A DNA stretch of 58,645 nt, from the NCBI GenBank assembly GCA_036845065.1, contig DAIUEP010000002.1, positions 8,566-67,210 of the forward strand, in the 5' to 3' direction. Positions 1 through 9,652 of this stretch are shown piece by piece. A model generated the notes under the pieces. That model did not search any database. It saw only the letters and a list, made by a program, of their open reading frames with translations, and was not told the origin of the DNA. Numbering within the stretch: the first letter of the stretch is position 1; the number at the start of each line of letters is the position of its first letter. Source of the stretch: Xanthobacteraceae bacterium (GTDB lineage Bacteria > Pseudomonadota > Alphaproteobacteria > Rhizobiales > Xanthobacteraceae). Both the position numbers and the translations under genes were made by a program.

Positions 1-52
1 GCCGCAGCGACTCCTTGAATATCCGGAGCTCCTCTGGAAGCTGGAATTCCAT
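1..52 (-). CDS. acyl-CoA dehydrogenase family protein, first 17 codons only (continues off the left edge)
   Basis: Minus-strand ATG at 52..50 reads MEFQLPEELRIFKESLR, a stereotyped acyl-CoA dehydrogenase N-terminus. The fragment is too short for certainty. Confidence 0.4.
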   Translation of the reverse strand, partial: MEFQLPEELRIFKESLR

Positions 53-119
53 CACGCATCCCTCTGCCTGTTGTTGACGCGAACCTTCTTGGTGAGCGCG
101 GTCGTCGAACTCAATACTC

Positions 120-284
120 GTAGGGTGGGCAAAGGCGCGGGCACTATTTTTTTCACACGCGCAGGACCATCGTACGCCGTGCCCACCGTTCTCGCCCGGT
201 TGTACCGATGTGCTTGGTGGGCACGGTGCTGCGCCGTGCGAGTGGCGAGGTCGTGTTCGTGGTCCGCACCTTTGCCCACCCTAC
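120..284. repeat. REP-like nested palindromic element
   Basis: Perfect 16-bp inverted repeat GTAGGGTGGGCAAAGG (120-135) / CCTTTGCCCACCCTAC (269-284). It encloses a second 11-bp inverted repeat CCGTGCCCACC (177-187) / GGTGGGCACGG (216-226). The right arm overlaps the stop codon of the 281-2344 gene. Confidence 0.75.
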
Positions 285-2344
285 TCCCCCGTTCGCCAGA
301 TGACGCGCACGTCGACCGCAACCGCGCCGTTTCCTCGCACCATCAGTGGATTGATCTCGATGTCCTCGATCCGCGCGCGGTGATCGAGATAAAATTGCGC
401 GAGCGCCCGCACAGTCGCTTCCAGCGCCTTGCGGTCGGCCGGCGATCGGCCGCGGAAGCCGGCGAGGAGCCTGGTGAGCTTGAGGCCGTCGATCATCGCG
501 GTCACGTCCGGCGCCGTCACCGGCAGGAGGCGCAGCGCGGCGTCCCTCGCCAGTTCGACCAGGATGCCGCCCGCGCCGACCAGGATGAGCGGGCCGTAAA
601 GCGAGTCGTTGCGCGCGCCGACGATCGCCTCGACGCCGGACACCATTTCCTGCACCAGGAAGCCGTCAATGCGCGCACCCGGATGGAACGCGCGGGCCGC
701 TGCCAGGAGCGCGTCGGCGGCGGTCAGCACGGCCTCGCGGCTGCGCAGATCAAGCACCACGCCGCCGGCTTCGGTCTTGTGCAGGATGTCGGGCGAGCGG
801 ACCTTGAGCACGACCGGGAAGCCGATGGCCTCGGCGGCGGTCGCCGCTTCGGCCGGTGTGGCGACCTCGCGGCTCTTGGGCAACGCGATGCCATAGCGCA
901 AGAGCGTCGCGTCGAGTGTGGCGGGCGACAGGTCGCTCGCCGGCGCATCCGGCAGCGCGGCCGGCTGGCGTCCGCGTCTCGCGGCGTGGAACCAGAGCGC
1001 GTTCATGGCGCGCAGCGTCGGCTCCAGCCCTTGGACAAAAGGAAATCCCGCGGCTTCCTGCGCGGCCACCGCTTCCGGCGTCATCTGATAGCTCATGCGC
1101 CCGAAGCCGATGATCGGCTTGTCGGTGTTGCGCAACAGCGCCTGCAGCGCTTCGACGCCGTCCCAGGCGCCGGCTTTGCTCGGCAGCATCGCGGCCCAGG
1201 CGATCATGTCGACGTTGGGGTCCTTCGCCACCACCTCGCAGACGCCGGCGGCGTGCTTGAGCCCCATCGGGATGCCGAGGTCGAGCGGGTTCTTGGGCTC
1301 GATGCCCTCCTGCATGAACGGCACCAGGTCCTTGAGCGTCTGCGGCGCGTAGTCCGGCATCACCGCGCCTTCCGCCTCGGCATAGTCGTACAGGAGATCG
1401 ACGGTGCCGCCGGAGGTCGTGACGAACCCGATGCGTGGACCCTTGGGGAACCGCCGCGCGTCAAAAGCCAGCGCGGTCTCGAGCATGTCGTCGAGCGAGC
1501 GGCAGTTGACAATGCCGTAGCGCTCGCACATCGCCAGATAAGCCGCGTAGTCGCCGCCGATCGCGCCGGTGTGCGATTGCGCGGCCGAGCGCGACTTGGC
1601 GGTGGCGCCGGTCTTGATCGCGGTGATCGGCTTGCCGGCCGCGAGCGCGCGGCCCGCCGCCTGCATGAAGGCTTGCGGGCGGCGAATGCCCTCGATGAAC
1701 AGTGCAATCTGGTGGGTGTCGGGGTCGTCGACCAGGAAGTTGAGATAGTCGGCGAGGTCGAGGTCGGCCTCGTTGCCGGACGTGATGCCGTAGGAGAAAC
1801 GCAGCCCCCGGTCGGCGCCGGTACGCAGCCAGAACTGCAGCGTGCCGCCGGACTGGAAGATGGCGCCAACCGAGCCCGCCGGGAAGCGGCCAAGCTCGGT
1901 GTTGGGATAGGCGAACATGCGCTCGTGATAGCTGTGGGCGCCCATGCAGTTGGGGCCGGCAATGCGCATCTTGCTGCGGCCCAGAAAGTCCTTGAGCCAG
2001 GCGCCGCGCTTCTTCGATTCCGGATCGTGGCCGTCGCCCATGGCCGCCGCGTAGACCGTGGCGGAGGCGACGCCCGCCGCATCGGCGTCCTCGAGCACGC
2101 CCGCGACCGCCGGGGCCGGCACGATGACCATCGCATGATCCACGCGCTCGGGCAGCTCGCGCAGCGATGGGTAGCAGCGCTCGCCCCAGACCTCCTGCTG
2201 GCGGGGATTCACCAGGAAGACGCGGCCGGGAAACTTGTAGTCGCGCAGGTTGCGGTAGATCATCCCTTGCCACTGGCCGCGCTCGGAGGCGCCGACAATG
2301 GCAATCGAGGACGGCGCCAGGACACTAGCGGGTGATCGAAACAT
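281..2344 (-). CDS. acetate--CoA ligase family protein (ADP-forming acyl-CoA synthetase; CoA-binding domain plus ATP-grasp domain)
   Basis: N-terminus SSIAIVGASERG...VNPRQQEVWGERCYPSL...IAGPNCMG is typical of NDP-forming acyl-CoA synthetases. The C-terminal half is ATP-grasp-like (GFPVVLKVRSPDILHKTEAGGV). ATG at 2344 is preceded by GGGAGGAG; the track's longer ORF starts at a TTG. Confidence 0.85.
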   Translation of the reverse strand: MFRSPASVLAPSSIAIVGASERGQWQGMIYRNLRDYKFPGRVFLVNPRQQEVWGERCYPSLRELPERVDHAMVIVPAPAVAGVLEDADAAGVASATVYAAAMGDGHDPESKKRGAWLKDFLGRSKMRIAGPNCMGAHSYHERMFAYPNTELGRFPAGSVGAIFQSGGTLQFWLRTGADRGLRFSYGITSGNEADLDLADYLNFLVDDPDTHQIALFIEGIRRPQAFMQAAGRALAAGKPITAIKTGATAKSRSAAQSHTGAIGGDYAAYLAMCERYGIVNCRSLDDMLETALAFDARRFPKGPRIGFVTTSGGTVDLLYDYAEAEGAVMPDYAPQTLKDLVPFMQEGIEPKNPLDLGIPMGLKHAAGVCEVVAKDPNVDMIAWAAMLPSKAGAWDGVEALQALLRNTDKPIIGFGRMSYQMTPEAVAAQEAAGFPFVQGLEPTLRAMNALWFHAARRGRQPAALPDAPASDLSPATLDATLLRYGIALPKSREVATPAEAATAAEAIGFPVVLKVRSPDILHKTEAGGVVLDLRSREAVLTAADALLAAARAFHPGARIDGFLVQEMVSGVEAIVGARNDSLYGPLILVGAGGILVELARDAALRLLPVTAPDVTAMIDGLKLTRLLAGFRGRSPADRKALEATVRALAQFYLDHRARIEDIEINPLMVRGNGAVAVDVRVIWRTGE

Positions 2345-2580
2345 GCTCGCGGCGTCTCCTCCCAAATGTGCCCACTAGTCTGTTTCCGAGTGGGCTCTCA
2401 GCTTGTTCTTACCCTTAACGACAACGCCATCATGGCCCGAGGACCGGAAAGTTTCGTGCGACATTTCCCCGGCATTGGCAAGCCTTGGGGCCTTGTTACG
2501 GCAGGGCCTCGTCACGGCATGGCGGGCGGGCCGCAGTGCCGCTATAGTGCGAGCGCCTGCCTGTCAGAGCTGGGAGAGTA

Positions 2581-3612
2581 ATGCATTCACCGGCGCCGAT
2601 GATCCGCCTTGCGCTGACGGTCGCCGCCCTTGCTGAGGCGGTGCCGGCCGCAGCTGAGGACTTCTATGCCGGCAAGATCATTGCGATGTCGACCCATACC
2701 GGCCCCGGCGGTGGCTACGACACCTATCTGCGCCTGCTGGCGCGGCATTTTCCTCGGCATATTCCGGGTCGGCCGGGGATCGTGGTGGTCAACATGCCGG
2801 GCGCCGGCGGGCTGTTGGCGCTCAATCACGCTGGCCGTGTCGCGCCGCGGGACGGCACGTTCCTGACGCTGGTGAGCCAGGGCCTGCTTGTGCACGAGGC
2901 GACCGGACAGCCGGGGTTGCAGGTCTCGCTCCGGGACTTTTCGTGGCTCGGCAACCTCAGCCAATCCAACATCGTGACCGTCACCTGGCATGCCAGCGGC
3001 GTCGCGGCGATCGACGATGCCAAGGCGCGCGACGTCACCGTCGGCTCGACCGGCGCCGGCTCGATCTCGGTACAGATTCCCAACCTGCTCAATGCGCTGT
3101 TCGGGACGCGCTTCAAGATCATCTACGGCTACAAGGGTGGCGCCGAGATGAATCTCGCGATGGCGCGCGGCGAGCTGCACGGCCGCGGCGCCAACACCTG
3201 GGCGAGCTATAAGGCGAGCTCGCCAACCGAGGTTCGCGACCGCAGGTTCAACGTTCTCATGCAGATCGGTCTGCGCAAGGATCCCGATCTGCCGCATGCG
3301 CCGCTCCTCAACGACCTGGTCGCGGGGCATCCCGCGCACGAGCCGATCGCCCGGTTCATGTCGTTGTCGCTCACCGTCACGCGGCCGGTGGCGGCGCCTC
3401 CCGGCGTCCCGGAGGAGCGCGTGCGCATCTTGCGCCGCGCCTTCGACGCGACCATGCGGGATGCGGCGTTCCTGGCGGAGGCCGACAAGCTCGGGTCGGA
3501 GATCGATCCCATGGGCTGGGAAGAGGTCCAGCAGGCGGTGACGCAGATTCTGGCAACGCCGAAGGACGTGGTCGACCGAACCCAGGCGATCATTACGGGG
3601 CGCGGACTTTAG
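2581..3612 (+). CDS. Bug/TctC-family tripartite tricarboxylate transporter substrate-binding protein
   Basis: Signal peptide followed by ...YLRLLARHFPRHIPGRPGIVVVNMPGAGGLLALNH..., the hallmark Bug-family core. It is adjacent to a TctA-type permease. Confidence 0.85.
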   Translation: MHSPAPMIRLALTVAALAEAVPAAAEDFYAGKIIAMSTHTGPGGGYDTYLRLLARHFPRHIPGRPGIVVVNMPGAGGLLALNHAGRVAPRDGTFLTLVSQGLLVHEATGQPGLQVSLRDFSWLGNLSQSNIVTVTWHASGVAAIDDAKARDVTVGSTGAGSISVQIPNLLNALFGTRFKIIYGYKGGAEMNLAMARGELHGRGANTWASYKASSPTEVRDRRFNVLMQIGLRKDPDLPHAPLLNDLVAGHPAHEPIARFMSLSLTVTRPVAAPPGVPEERVRILRRAFDATMRDAAFLAEADKLGSEIDPMGWEEVQQAVTQILATPKDVVDRTQAIITGRGL

Positions 3613-3660
3613 TGCGCCGCTTTTGGTGTAAGCTTTAGGTCTGATTGCAGGAGCGCGGTC

Positions 3661-4539
3661 ATGAAAGTCGTCCAGCTTGAGGAAACCCCCGAGGTGCGTG
3701 GCCTCGAACATCGCGGCGGCACCTTCCACGCTCGCACCATCGTGGAAGGCAAGCCCGGCACGCCGGGCAATTTCAAGTTCTCGCTCAGCCGGCTCGGCAC
3801 CGACTATTCCGGCCCGCGGCACCGGCACAATTTCGATCAGTACCGCTACATGATCGAAGGAGAGTCGGACTATGGCCAGGACGGCCCGCTCAAAGTGGGC
3901 ATGCTTGGCTACTATCCGGAAGGCGTGCACTACGGCCCGCAGGTCAACAAGACCGAAATCTATTGCGCGGTGCTGCAGTTCGGCGGCGCCAGCGGCTCCG
4001 GCTATCTGCTCCCGCGCGAGGTGAAGGCCGGCATGGAGGAGCTCAAAGCGTTCGGGGAGTTCAAGGACGGCATCTTCCATCGCCGCGAGGGTGTTCCCGG
4101 CAAGCGCAACTTGGACGCCTTCCAGGCGATCTGGGAGCATGTGCACGGGCGCGAGATGCACTACCCCAAGGGCCGCTACGCCGCGCCGGTCTCGGTCGAT
4201 TCCGCGAATTTCGAATGGGTGCCGGTCAAGGGCGCGACGGGGGTGTCGGAGAAGCTGTTCGGCGTGTGGACCGAGCGCCGGACGCAAGCCGGCCTGTTCA
4301 AGCTCGACGCCGGCGCGCGGTTCGAGGCCACCGGCCACGGCGTCTATCTGGTGCTCTCGGGTGCCGGCGCCTGTGCGGGCAAGCCGCTCAAGCAATACAC
4401 GACGGTCTATGTCGAGGCGGGCGAGCGCGCCACCATCGCGGCGAGCGAGCCGACCATGCTGTTGCACTATGGCCTGCCGGATCTGGCTGGTATCGCGGCT
4501 GAGCGCCCTGTCTCGGGCACCATGCAGGCCGCCGAATAA
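3661..4539 (+). CDS. cupin domain-containing protein (bicupin-like)
   Basis: GPRHRHNFDQYRYMIEGE is a His-rich cupin metal motif. AGGAG-like RBS (gcaggagcgcggtcATG). Confidence 0.7.
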   Translation: MKVVQLEETPEVRGLEHRGGTFHARTIVEGKPGTPGNFKFSLSRLGTDYSGPRHRHNFDQYRYMIEGESDYGQDGPLKVGMLGYYPEGVHYGPQVNKTEIYCAVLQFGGASGSGYLLPREVKAGMEELKAFGEFKDGIFHRREGVPGKRNLDAFQAIWEHVHGREMHYPKGRYAAPVSVDSANFEWVPVKGATGVSEKLFGVWTERRTQAGLFKLDAGARFEATGHGVYLVLSGAGACAGKPLKQYTTVYVEAGERATIAASEPTMLLHYGLPDLAGIAAERPVSGTMQAAE

Positions 4540-4561
4540 ATCTCCGCTCGCGCACAAACCA

Positions 4562-4594
4562 GCGGGCCGGCCACGCTCGCGCGCGCCGGCCCGC
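4562..4594. terminator. GC-rich hairpin between convergent genes
   Basis: GCGGGCCGGC (4562-4571) pairs with GCCGGCCCGC (4585-4594) around a 13-nt loop. It lies between the cupin stop and the small minus-strand ORF stop. Confidence 0.5.
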
Positions 4595-4621
4595 GGTCTT
4601 TCGATATCGAGTCTTGCCGCG

Positions 4622-4762
4622 TTACATGTGGGTCGGATCATCCGGTGCGGCGGGCCCGCCGAGGGCCTTTTCCACGACCGAATAGACAAATGCCACCAAG
4701 CAGATCCAGGCGAACAGCCCGCCGGCTTGCATCAGGAATTGCAGGGGGTCGATCTGCAACAT
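4622..4762 (-). CDS. hypothetical small membrane protein (46 aa)
   Basis: MLQIDPLQFLMQAGGLFAWICLVAFVYSVVEK... has one hydrophobic helix. AGAGGA lies 7 nt upstream of the ATG, and the ORF is 55 bp downstream of the TctA-type gene. No family recognised. Confidence 0.3.
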   Translation of the reverse strand: MLQIDPLQFLMQAGGLFAWICLVAFVYSVVEKALGGPAAPDDPTHM

Positions 4763-4817
4763 TTGGGTATCCTCTTTTTGGTGCCGTGTGGCGAGCACCG
4801 CTCGCCACACCCGAACA

Positions 4818-6947
4818 TCAGGAGAGCGACGGAATGATGCTCTTGAGCGTGGGGAACCATTGCCCGAGCAGCGTCGGCGGCCAGGGTATATGCATCACGT
4901 GCTCGAACACGAAGGTGATGGCAATGACCAGCACGGTCGCGTAGGTGATCACCAGCGTCCAGCGCTCGCTGTTCTCGTAGCGCATGAAGATCACCACGAA
5001 GAGCGCGACTGTCGGGATCAGCCCGATGACCGCCATGATCCCCATGAACACCAGCAGATAACCGAAGAACCGCGCCGCCCGCTTGATAATGATGTCGAGC
5101 GGGAGATGCCCGGTTTCGGAGGTCAGATCCATATGGATCTTCTGCTCGGCTGCCGCGGCCCCGCCGCCGGTGCTCGCGATCTGCCGCTCCACCTCGTGAA
5201 TGGTCTGGTCGACCAGGCTCTCCACGCCGGCTTCCGGCTTTCGGCACATGTCGTTGAACAGGCTCAATCCGGATGCGGTCAACGCCACGATGCCGATCAC
5301 CAGCGGCACGATCTTGGCGCTGAAGTCCCAGCTCAGCGCCATGTAACAGGCGGCGCCAAGGACGGTAATGACAAATATGGTGAACAGCTGCGAGGCGCGG
5401 AACGTCGGAGGCTGGAAGCTCGTCAGCATCTTCTTGAGGCCGCCGTGGATGCGGATGTCCTGCAGGAACGGCCGCACCAGGCCGATGATGGCGATGATGA
5501 ACAGGATGGCCACCACCGGGCGAGCGAACCAACTGATGCCATAGCGCTCGACCGAGATGAAGAGATAGCGTTCGATCGTGTCGCCGAGCACGACGCCGAG
5601 AATGAGCGGCGGGCGCGGCCACTTAAACTGCTTCATGATCCAGCCGAGCAGGCCGAAGACCAGCAGCGAATAGAGGTCGCCCCATTGGCGTGTCGCCTCG
5701 AAGGCGCCGATATACACGATGCCGAGCACGGCCGGCAGGATGAGGCTGAAGCGCAGGATCGACAGCTTGGCGAACTGCGGGCTGAAGGCGTAGCACATGC
5801 CCGCGCCCAGGATGTTGGCCAAGGCCACCGACCACACCATGGCGTAGGTGATGTCGAGGTTCTTGGTCAGCATATCGGGACCCGGAACGAGTCCGTGGAT
5901 CAGGAAGGCGCCGAGCAGGATCGCCATGGTGGCGCTGCCCGGCACGCCGAACGCGACGGTCGGCACCAGCGCGCCGCCTTCCTTGGCGTTGTTGGAGCTT
6001 TCGGACGCGATGACGCCGCGCACGTCGCCCTTGCCGAAGGTTAGCGCTGCGCCCTTCTCGGTCTTGAGCGCGTGACCGTAGGCGAGCCAGTCGACCACCG
6101 ACGCGCTGATGCCCGGGATCGAGCCGATGCCGCCGCCGATCCACGAGCAGCGCAGAATCAGCCACCAATTCTGGAAGCAGTCCTTCACGCCTTGCCATTG
6201 GCCCTTGTAGATATTGGACACGCTGGTGTCGGTGGCGATCGCCGTCCTTGCGATCAGCAAGTCACAGAGCTCAGGCAGGGCGAAAATGCCGAGCAGCAGG
6301 GGTGTCAGCGGCAACCCATCCCACAGATAGAGGCTGTTGAAAGTCCAACGTAGCGTGCCGGACTGCGGATCGGTGCCGATCATCGCGATCATGATGCCGA
6401 TGCAGCCGGCGGTCAGGCCGCGTAGCGGCGCGTTGCCGGACAGCACCGCCACCATCGATATGCCGAGCACCGAGAACGCCAGCAATTCGGGCGAGCCCAG
6501 GAACAGCATGACCGGGCGCAGGATCGGGATCGAGATCGCCATCAGGAAGGCGCCGAACACGCCGCCCATCAGCGAGGACATGTAGGCGGCGCTCAGTGCG
6601 CGCCCAGCCTCGCCCTTCTTGGCCATGGGGAAGCCGTCGAGCACGGTCGCGGCTGACGCGGCACCGCCTGGCACCCCGAACAGCACCGCGGGGATCGGGT
6701 CACCCGTCGCGGTGGTCGATCCAAGGCCCAGCAGCAGCGCGAACGCGGTGTACGGGTCCATGTTGAAGGTGAACGGCAGCAGCATCGCCGTTCCCGCCAG
6801 CCCCCCGATACCCGGCACGATCCCGAGCACCAGACCCATGATGCACCCGGCCGCCAGATACATCAGGCGCACCGGGTCCATCAAAATCACGAAGGCCTTG
6901 CCCGCGGCAGTCGCCATGAAGGCAATTTCGGCGGCTACTGCATCCAT
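4818..6947 (-). CDS. tripartite tricarboxylate transporter permease, TctA core with a C-terminal TctB-like 4-TM extension
   Basis: GIVPGIGGLAGTAMLLPFTF...GDPIPAVLFGVPGGAASAATVLDGFPMAKKGEAGRAL is canonical TctA. About 200 extra C-terminal residues carry further TM helices. The start at MDAVAAE is chosen by eye. Confidence 0.85.
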   Translation of the reverse strand: MDAVAAEIAFMATAAGKAFVILMDPVRLMYLAAGCIMGLVLGIVPGIGGLAGTAMLLPFTFNMDPYTAFALLLGLGSTTATGDPIPAVLFGVPGGAASAATVLDGFPMAKKGEAGRALSAAYMSSLMGGVFGAFLMAISIPILRPVMLFLGSPELLAFSVLGISMVAVLSGNAPLRGLTAGCIGIMIAMIGTDPQSGTLRWTFNSLYLWDGLPLTPLLLGIFALPELCDLLIARTAIATDTSVSNIYKGQWQGVKDCFQNWWLILRCSWIGGGIGSIPGISASVVDWLAYGHALKTEKGAALTFGKGDVRGVIASESSNNAKEGGALVPTVAFGVPGSATMAILLGAFLIHGLVPGPDMLTKNLDITYAMVWSVALANILGAGMCYAFSPQFAKLSILRFSLILPAVLGIVYIGAFEATRQWGDLYSLLVFGLLGWIMKQFKWPRPPLILGVVLGDTIERYLFISVERYGISWFARPVVAILFIIAIIGLVRPFLQDIRIHGGLKKMLTSFQPPTFRASQLFTIFVITVLGAACYMALSWDFSAKIVPLVIGIVALTASGLSLFNDMCRKPEAGVESLVDQTIHEVERQIASTGGGAAAAEQKIHMDLTSETGHLPLDIIIKRAARFFGYLLVFMGIMAVIGLIPTVALFVVIFMRYENSERWTLVITYATVLVIAITFVFEHVMHIPWPPTLLGQWFPTLKSIIPSLS

Positions 6948-7299
6948 ATCCCAGCCATCCCCAGTTTCACTCCAACGAAGCTCGCAACGAATGCGCCTTC
7001 GATACCCACGCACCCGTGTTCAATCATGCGCCCGCATGGCAAGCAAGCAAATGCCACCCGGCCGGCAGCCGCAGCAACGCCAGTTGCTGCAGCCTGGACC
7101 TTTTACAACAGCAACGATGAGCGAGAGCTTTAACGTCCTCCCGTGCTCGCCGCACTCCGACCCGCAGAACCGCTCCACTGGTAGGAGCCGCCAAACCGTG
7201 GTAGCCAACCCCTCTTTTCCGTTATGTAAGCAGAAGTTTGCGTAATGGGAAAGTCGTTTAAGACGAACGCGAACGGTCCAGGTGACGCACGGCTTCGGT

Positions 7300-7313
7300 C
7301 GTGGCATGCCACG
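7300..7313. promoter_or_regulatory. perfect 14-bp palindrome in a divergent promoter region (candidate operator)
   Basis: CGTGGCATGCCACG lies between the divergent tctA-type (minus) and ThDP-enzyme (plus) genes. Confidence 0.3.
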
Positions 7314-7429
7314 AAGCAGCGGGGTGGGTTGCATGCTTTCCGGCGCGACGGCTTGGCAGGATCGGAAGGCAAGGACTGAATTTCCGGGGCTTTTCGCAGT
7401 TTGTCTGCGTCAAATCACGAGGTAGGGAA

Positions 7430-9205
7430 ATGAAACTGGATAAAATTGAGGGAAAGGCCGACGACAAGGTCGCCTGGGGCAGCGATATAGCAGCGCAAAT
7501 ATTGCGCCGCTTCGGCATTCCATTCATCAGCCTCAACCCAGGGGCGAGCTACCGCGGCTTTCACGACAGCCTGGTCAACCACCTCGGTAACGAAAATCCC
7601 GGCATCATTCTGTGTTTGCACGAGGACCATTCCGTCGCGATCGCGCACGGCTACGCCAAGGCCACCGGCGAGCCGATGGCGTGCGTGCTGCATAGCAATG
7701 TCGGGCTCCTGCACGGGATGATGGGCCTGTTCAATGCCTGGTGCGACCGCACGCCCATGATCGTGCTGGGTGCGACCGGCCCAGTTGCGGCCGAGAAGCG
7801 CCGTCCCTGGATCGACTGGATCCATACCTCGCGTGATCAAGGCGCCTACATTCGCTCGATCATCAAATGGGACGACCAGCCGACATCGGCGGACTCGCTG
7901 GTGGAATCGCTCGTGCGCGGCAATCTGCTTACGCGCTCGGCGCCGACCGCGCCTATCTACATCTGCCTCGACGCCGGCTTCCAGGAGACCAAGCTGGACA
8001 AGGAGCCGGAATGGCCGGACGTGAAGCGCTTCATGCCGCCGAAGCCGCCGCGGCCCTCGAAGGACGCGCTCGACGAGGCGGTGGCTCTCCTGTCGAATGC
8101 GAAGAAGCCGTTGATCATGTTCGGCCGCGGCTCGCGCCGCGATGAGTTCTGGCGGCCGCGCATCCGTCTCGCGGAGCGGCTCGGTGCCTGTGTGTTCACC
8201 GACCTCAAGCAGGGCGCCATGTTCCCGACCGATCACGCCGCCCACTATACACAGCCGTTCAACGTGCTTGGCAACGACGCGCGTGCGCTGATGTGCGAGG
8301 CGGACGTCATCCTCGCGCTCGACTGGATGGATCTCGGCGGCGCGCTGCGCCAGGCCAGGAACGCCGGCCAGGTCACCGCCAAGATCATCAGCGCCACGCT
8401 CGATCAGAACCTGCACACTGGCGCCAACATGGAGTATCAGGCGCTGCCGACCGTTGACGTGCTGATGGCCTCGACCGGCGATGTCGTGGTTGCCGAGCTC
8501 AATGCTGCGCTCGGCGAGGGCAGGCACGATCCCTGGAAAGCGAAGGTGCCGGCCAAGTCCAAGCAGGCCAATGGCAGCGCTTTGACCATGGAGCACATCG
8601 CCAAGACGCTGCGCGATCAGTTCAACGATCCCGACAACGTCACTTTCTGCACGCTCGGCCGCGGCTGGCCGTTCGAGATCTGGCCGCTGCAGAACGGCAT
8701 GTCGTATCTCGGCAAGGATGGCGGCGGCGGGCTCGGCTCGGGGCCTGGCATCTCGGTCGGCTCCGCGCTGGCGCTGCATCATCATTTCCCCGGCCGCTAC
8801 GCGATCTCGATGCTCGGCGACGGCGACTTCTGCATGGGCGTGACCGCGATCTGGAGCGCCGTGAAGCATCGCATTCCGCTCCTGGTCCTGATCAACAACA
8901 ACCGCTCCTACTTCAATGACGAGCTGCATCAGGATGGCGTGGCGCGCACGCGCGGCCGCGAGGTCAAGAACCGGTGGATCGGCCTGCGCATGGAGGACCC
9001 GGTGCCCAACATCGCCAAGTTTGCCGAGGCGCAGGGCGCGGTCGGCATCGGTCCGGTCACAAGCCAAGCGGACGCCGCCGCGGCGATCGCCAAGGGTGTC
9101 GATGTGCTCAAGAAAGGCGGCGTCTGCGTGATCGACTTCCATGTCGACCCGCCGGCCGAGCGGCAGGCCAATCATGGCCTCGGCCATCGCGCGACCGGCG
9201 ACTGA
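7430..9205 (+). CDS. thiamine diphosphate-dependent enzyme (acetolactate synthase/benzoylformate decarboxylase superfamily)
   Basis: N-terminal Pyr domain (GIPFISLNPGASYRGFHDSL...HEDHSVAIAHGYAKATG). C-terminal PP domain with GDGDF...NN motif (MLGDGDFCMGVTAIWSAVKHRIPLLVLINNN). Confidence 0.85.
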   Translation: MKLDKIEGKADDKVAWGSDIAAQILRRFGIPFISLNPGASYRGFHDSLVNHLGNENPGIILCLHEDHSVAIAHGYAKATGEPMACVLHSNVGLLHGMMGLFNAWCDRTPMIVLGATGPVAAEKRRPWIDWIHTSRDQGAYIRSIIKWDDQPTSADSLVESLVRGNLLTRSAPTAPIYICLDAGFQETKLDKEPEWPDVKRFMPPKPPRPSKDALDEAVALLSNAKKPLIMFGRGSRRDEFWRPRIRLAERLGACVFTDLKQGAMFPTDHAAHYTQPFNVLGNDARALMCEADVILALDWMDLGGALRQARNAGQVTAKIISATLDQNLHTGANMEYQALPTVDVLMASTGDVVVAELNAALGEGRHDPWKAKVPAKSKQANGSALTMEHIAKTLRDQFNDPDNVTFCTLGRGWPFEIWPLQNGMSYLGKDGGGGLGSGPGISVGSALALHHHFPGRYAISMLGDGDFCMGVTAIWSAVKHRIPLLVLINNNRSYFNDELHQDGVARTRGREVKNRWIGLRMEDPVPNIAKFAEAQGAVGIGPVTSQADAAAAIAKGVDVLKKGGVCVIDFHVDPPAERQANHGLGHRATGD

Positions 9206-9283
9206 GCGCGGCAGTCGTCGCCATGGTACAGTCCGGACAGGCTGACGCTTGTCCGGGCCTAAGATCCGTTATCAGAGATCCGC

Positions 9284-9649
9284 ATGACAGACGGCTCATC
9301 CAATGCCTGGCCGACGGAGTTGCGGCTGCACAAGGACCGCCGGACGCTGACCGTCGCCTTCGACAGCGGCGAGTCCTACGACCTCGCGGCCGAGTATCTG
9401 CGCGTGCGCAGCCCGAGCGCCGAAGTGCAGGGCCATTCGCCTTCCGAGCGCAAGACCGTCGCCGGCAAGCAGAACGTCGCGATCCTGGAGGTGACGCCGG
9501 TCGGCAACTACGCGGTACGGCTGACCTTCGACGACATGCATTCGACCGGCATCTACAGCTGGGACTATCTGCGCGGGCTCGGCCGCAATCGCGACGCCAA
9601 CTGGCAGGAATATCTCGACGAGCTGCGCGAGAAGGGATTGGCGCGCTGA
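9284..9649 (+). CDS. DUF971 (gamma-butyrobetaine hydroxylase-like N-terminal domain) protein
   Basis: LTVAFDSGESYDLAAEYLRVRSPSAEVQGH...YAVRLTFDDMHSTGIYSWDYL matches the DUF971 pattern. Confidence 0.8.
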   Translation: MTDGSSNAWPTELRLHKDRRTLTVAFDSGESYDLAAEYLRVRSPSAEVQGHSPSERKTVAGKQNVAILEVTPVGNYAVRLTFDDMHSTGIYSWDYLRGLGRNRDANWQEYLDELREKGLAR

Positions 9650-9652
9650 TGG

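Noticed and set aside
71-2335. 754-aa plus-strand ORF
   Set aside because: It is the shadow of the minus-strand acyl-CoA synthetase-like gene. The translation is Arg/Ala/Gly-rich with no motifs.
2587-4689. 700-aa minus-strand ORF
   Set aside because: It lies antisense to the Bug-family and cupin genes, both of which have clear family signatures and RBSs.
7415-9187. 590-aa minus-strand ORF
   Set aside because: It lies antisense to the ThDP-dependent enzyme and has no recognisable domain.
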